Source: Candidatus Saccharimonadota bacterium (GTDB lineage: Bacteria > Pseudomonadota > Gammaproteobacteria > Enterobacterales > Enterobacteriaceae). Taken from it: DNA of 32,000 bases. The notes beneath the pieces are model-generated. The model did no database searches. It was not told the origin of the DNA and was given only the letters and a program-made list of their open reading frames with translations. The stretch's first letter is position 1. Each line of letters starts with the position of its first letter. Both the position numbers and the translations under genes were made by a program. Shown here piece after piece: positions 30,613-32,000 of this stretch. The stretch spans positions 300,001 through 332,000 of the forward strand of contig CP145869.1 of NCBI GenBank assembly GCA_041941765.1, read 5' to 3'.

Positions 30613-32000
30613 TTAAAGAATACTTGATTTGATAATTAAATTATTAACGCGACGAATAAACTTACTTGGATCTTCTAAAGAACCCATTTCAACAAGTAAA
30701 GCTTGATCTAATAATAATTCAATTAAATCTACAAATAATGTATCATTTGTAATTTCTATAGCTTTTTTTATTAATGGATGTTTGGGATTTAATTCAAGAA
30801 TATATCTTATTTCTGGAACTTTTTGTCCGGCAGCAGCAAATATTTTTGCCATTTGAGTACTTATATCATTGACTTCTGTAGTTAAAATAGCTGGAGTTTC
30901 TAGAAGACGATTAGTAAATCGTACATCTTTTACTCTATTACTTAATACCTTCTTTACTTTTTCTATAAAAGATTTAAACGAGGTTTGATTAGAAATTTTT
31001 AAATCATTCTCATTATTTATAAGCCTATTGAGAGAATCATCAATTTTACTCACTGAATGGAAATATTTTCCTTCAAAAGAAGTTAAATAACTCATCATCC
31101 ATTCATCTATACGATCATATAGTAATAATATTTCAATACCTTTTTTTCGTAATACTTCAAGATGGGGACTACTAGATGCGGCTGTATAACTATCTGCAGT
31201 AAGATAATAAATTTTTTCTTGATTAGGAATCATACGGCTAATATATTCTTTTAATGATACATTTTGAGTTGACTCATTACTATAAGTTGATGAAAAACGC
31301 AGTAATGGCATAATATTTTGAATATTATTACTATCTTCTGCTGGACCCTCTTTTAATACTAAGCCAAAAGTATTCCAAAATTGATGATATTTCTTAGAAT
31401 CATCCATAAGTTTTTGTAGGATTTGGAATATTCGTTTAGTTAATGAAGTACGTAATTTTTGTACAATACGATTATTTTGTAACATTTCACGAGAAATATT
31501 TAACGGAAGATTATTACAATCTATTAACCCCTGAATAAATCTTAAATAATTAGGTATTAAAGTATTGAAATCATCTGTAATAAAAATACGTTGAACATAC
31601 AATTTTAAACGATTTTTATAATCTCTATTCCATAAAGTTAATGGAGCATGTGAAGGAATATAAAGCAAACTAATGTATTCTTGTTGGCCTTCTACTCTAT
31701 TATGACTCCAGATTATTGGATCATGCAAATCATGAGTAAGATATTTGTAAAACTCTTTATATTCATTTTCTCTAATTTCTGATTTATTTCTTATCCATAA
31801 GGCTTGTACTTGATTTACTCTTTTCCAACAATTCTCTTGTGTGTTAATAGATTTCATTTCTATTGGTAAATTAATAAAATCTGAATATTTACTAATAATC
31901 TTACGTAAGTGCGACGAATCTAAAAATTCATCTTCACCCTTACGTACATGAAGTGTAATTTCAGTTCCTCGATTAGGTTTGGTAATATTAGCAAGTGTAT
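30613..32000 (-). CDS. htpG: Chaperone HtpG (Hsp90); 5' end lies outside the window
   Basis: The frame stays open upstream of the track Met at 31857. Its translation [47 protein letters not shown] matches E. coli ...[55 protein letters not shown]...EYKEFYK, KLYVQR.FI.DD, NYLRF..GLID...LPLN.SRE.LQ and [19 protein letters not shown] are also present. It precedes adk as in E. coli. Confidence 0.95.
   Translation of the reverse strand, partial: TLANITKPNRGTEITLHVRKGEDEFLDSSHLRKIISKYSDFINLPIEMKSINTQENCWKRVNQVQALWIRNKSEIRENEYKEFYKYLTHDLHDPIIWSHNRVEGQQEYISLLYIPSHAPLTLWNRDYKNRLKLYVQRIFITDDFNTLIPNYLRFIQGLIDCNNLPLNISREMLQNNRIVQKLRTSLTKRIFQILQKLMDDSKKYHQFWNTFGLVLKEGPAEDSNNIQNIMPLLRFSSTYSNESTQNVSLKEYISRMIPNQEKIYYLTADSYTAASSSPHLEVLRKKGIEILLLYDRIDEWMMSYLTSFEGKYFHSVSKIDDSLNRLINNENDLKISNQTSFKSFIEKVKKVLSNRVKDVRFTNRLLETPAILTTEVNDISTQMAKIFAAAGQKVPEIRYILELNPKHPLIKKAIEITNDTLFVDLIELLLDQALLVEMGSLEDPSKFIRRVNNLIIKSSIL

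Overview
No novel or accessory system is supported in this window; the notable signals are by-products of genome reduction. The sequence is very AT-rich (about 70-75% A+T by eye, not computed) and almost entirely coding. It reads as a strongly reduced gammaproteobacterial genome, most like an obligate insect endosymbiont derived from Enterobacterales; I cannot name the species from the sequence. All 31 convincing CDSs are single-copy housekeeping genes colinear with E. coli proteins as I recall them. In order: mutS (partial), rpoS, ispF, ispD, eno, pyrG, pyrB, prmC, prfA, ispE, prs, pth, ychF, yeaQ, mnmA, purB, hinT, ycfH, holB, tmk, acpP, fabG, fabD, fabH, rpmF, rluC, rne, murJ, cysS, adk, htpG (partial). 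Gene order looks like several E. coli K-12 map blocks joined together, with the dispensable genes between them cleanly removed. I found no rRNA, tRNA, CRISPR array, IS or transposase, phage, toxin-antitoxin or defence-like gene. Points worth a second look: (1) RNase E cut down to its catalytic half plus a short amphipathic tail that follows an A10 tract. (2) An intact rpoS with a terminator-like hairpin abutting its Shine-Dalgarno, inside the only sizeable non-coding gap (389 bp). (3) pyrB without pyrI or a leader, placed divergently next to pyrG. (4) New gene overlaps exactly at deletion junctions. (5) Ten sense-strand poly(A) runs of 9-10 nt inside essential genes. Several ORF-track starts are TTG-initiated or over-extended; I re-set them to the conserved Met.
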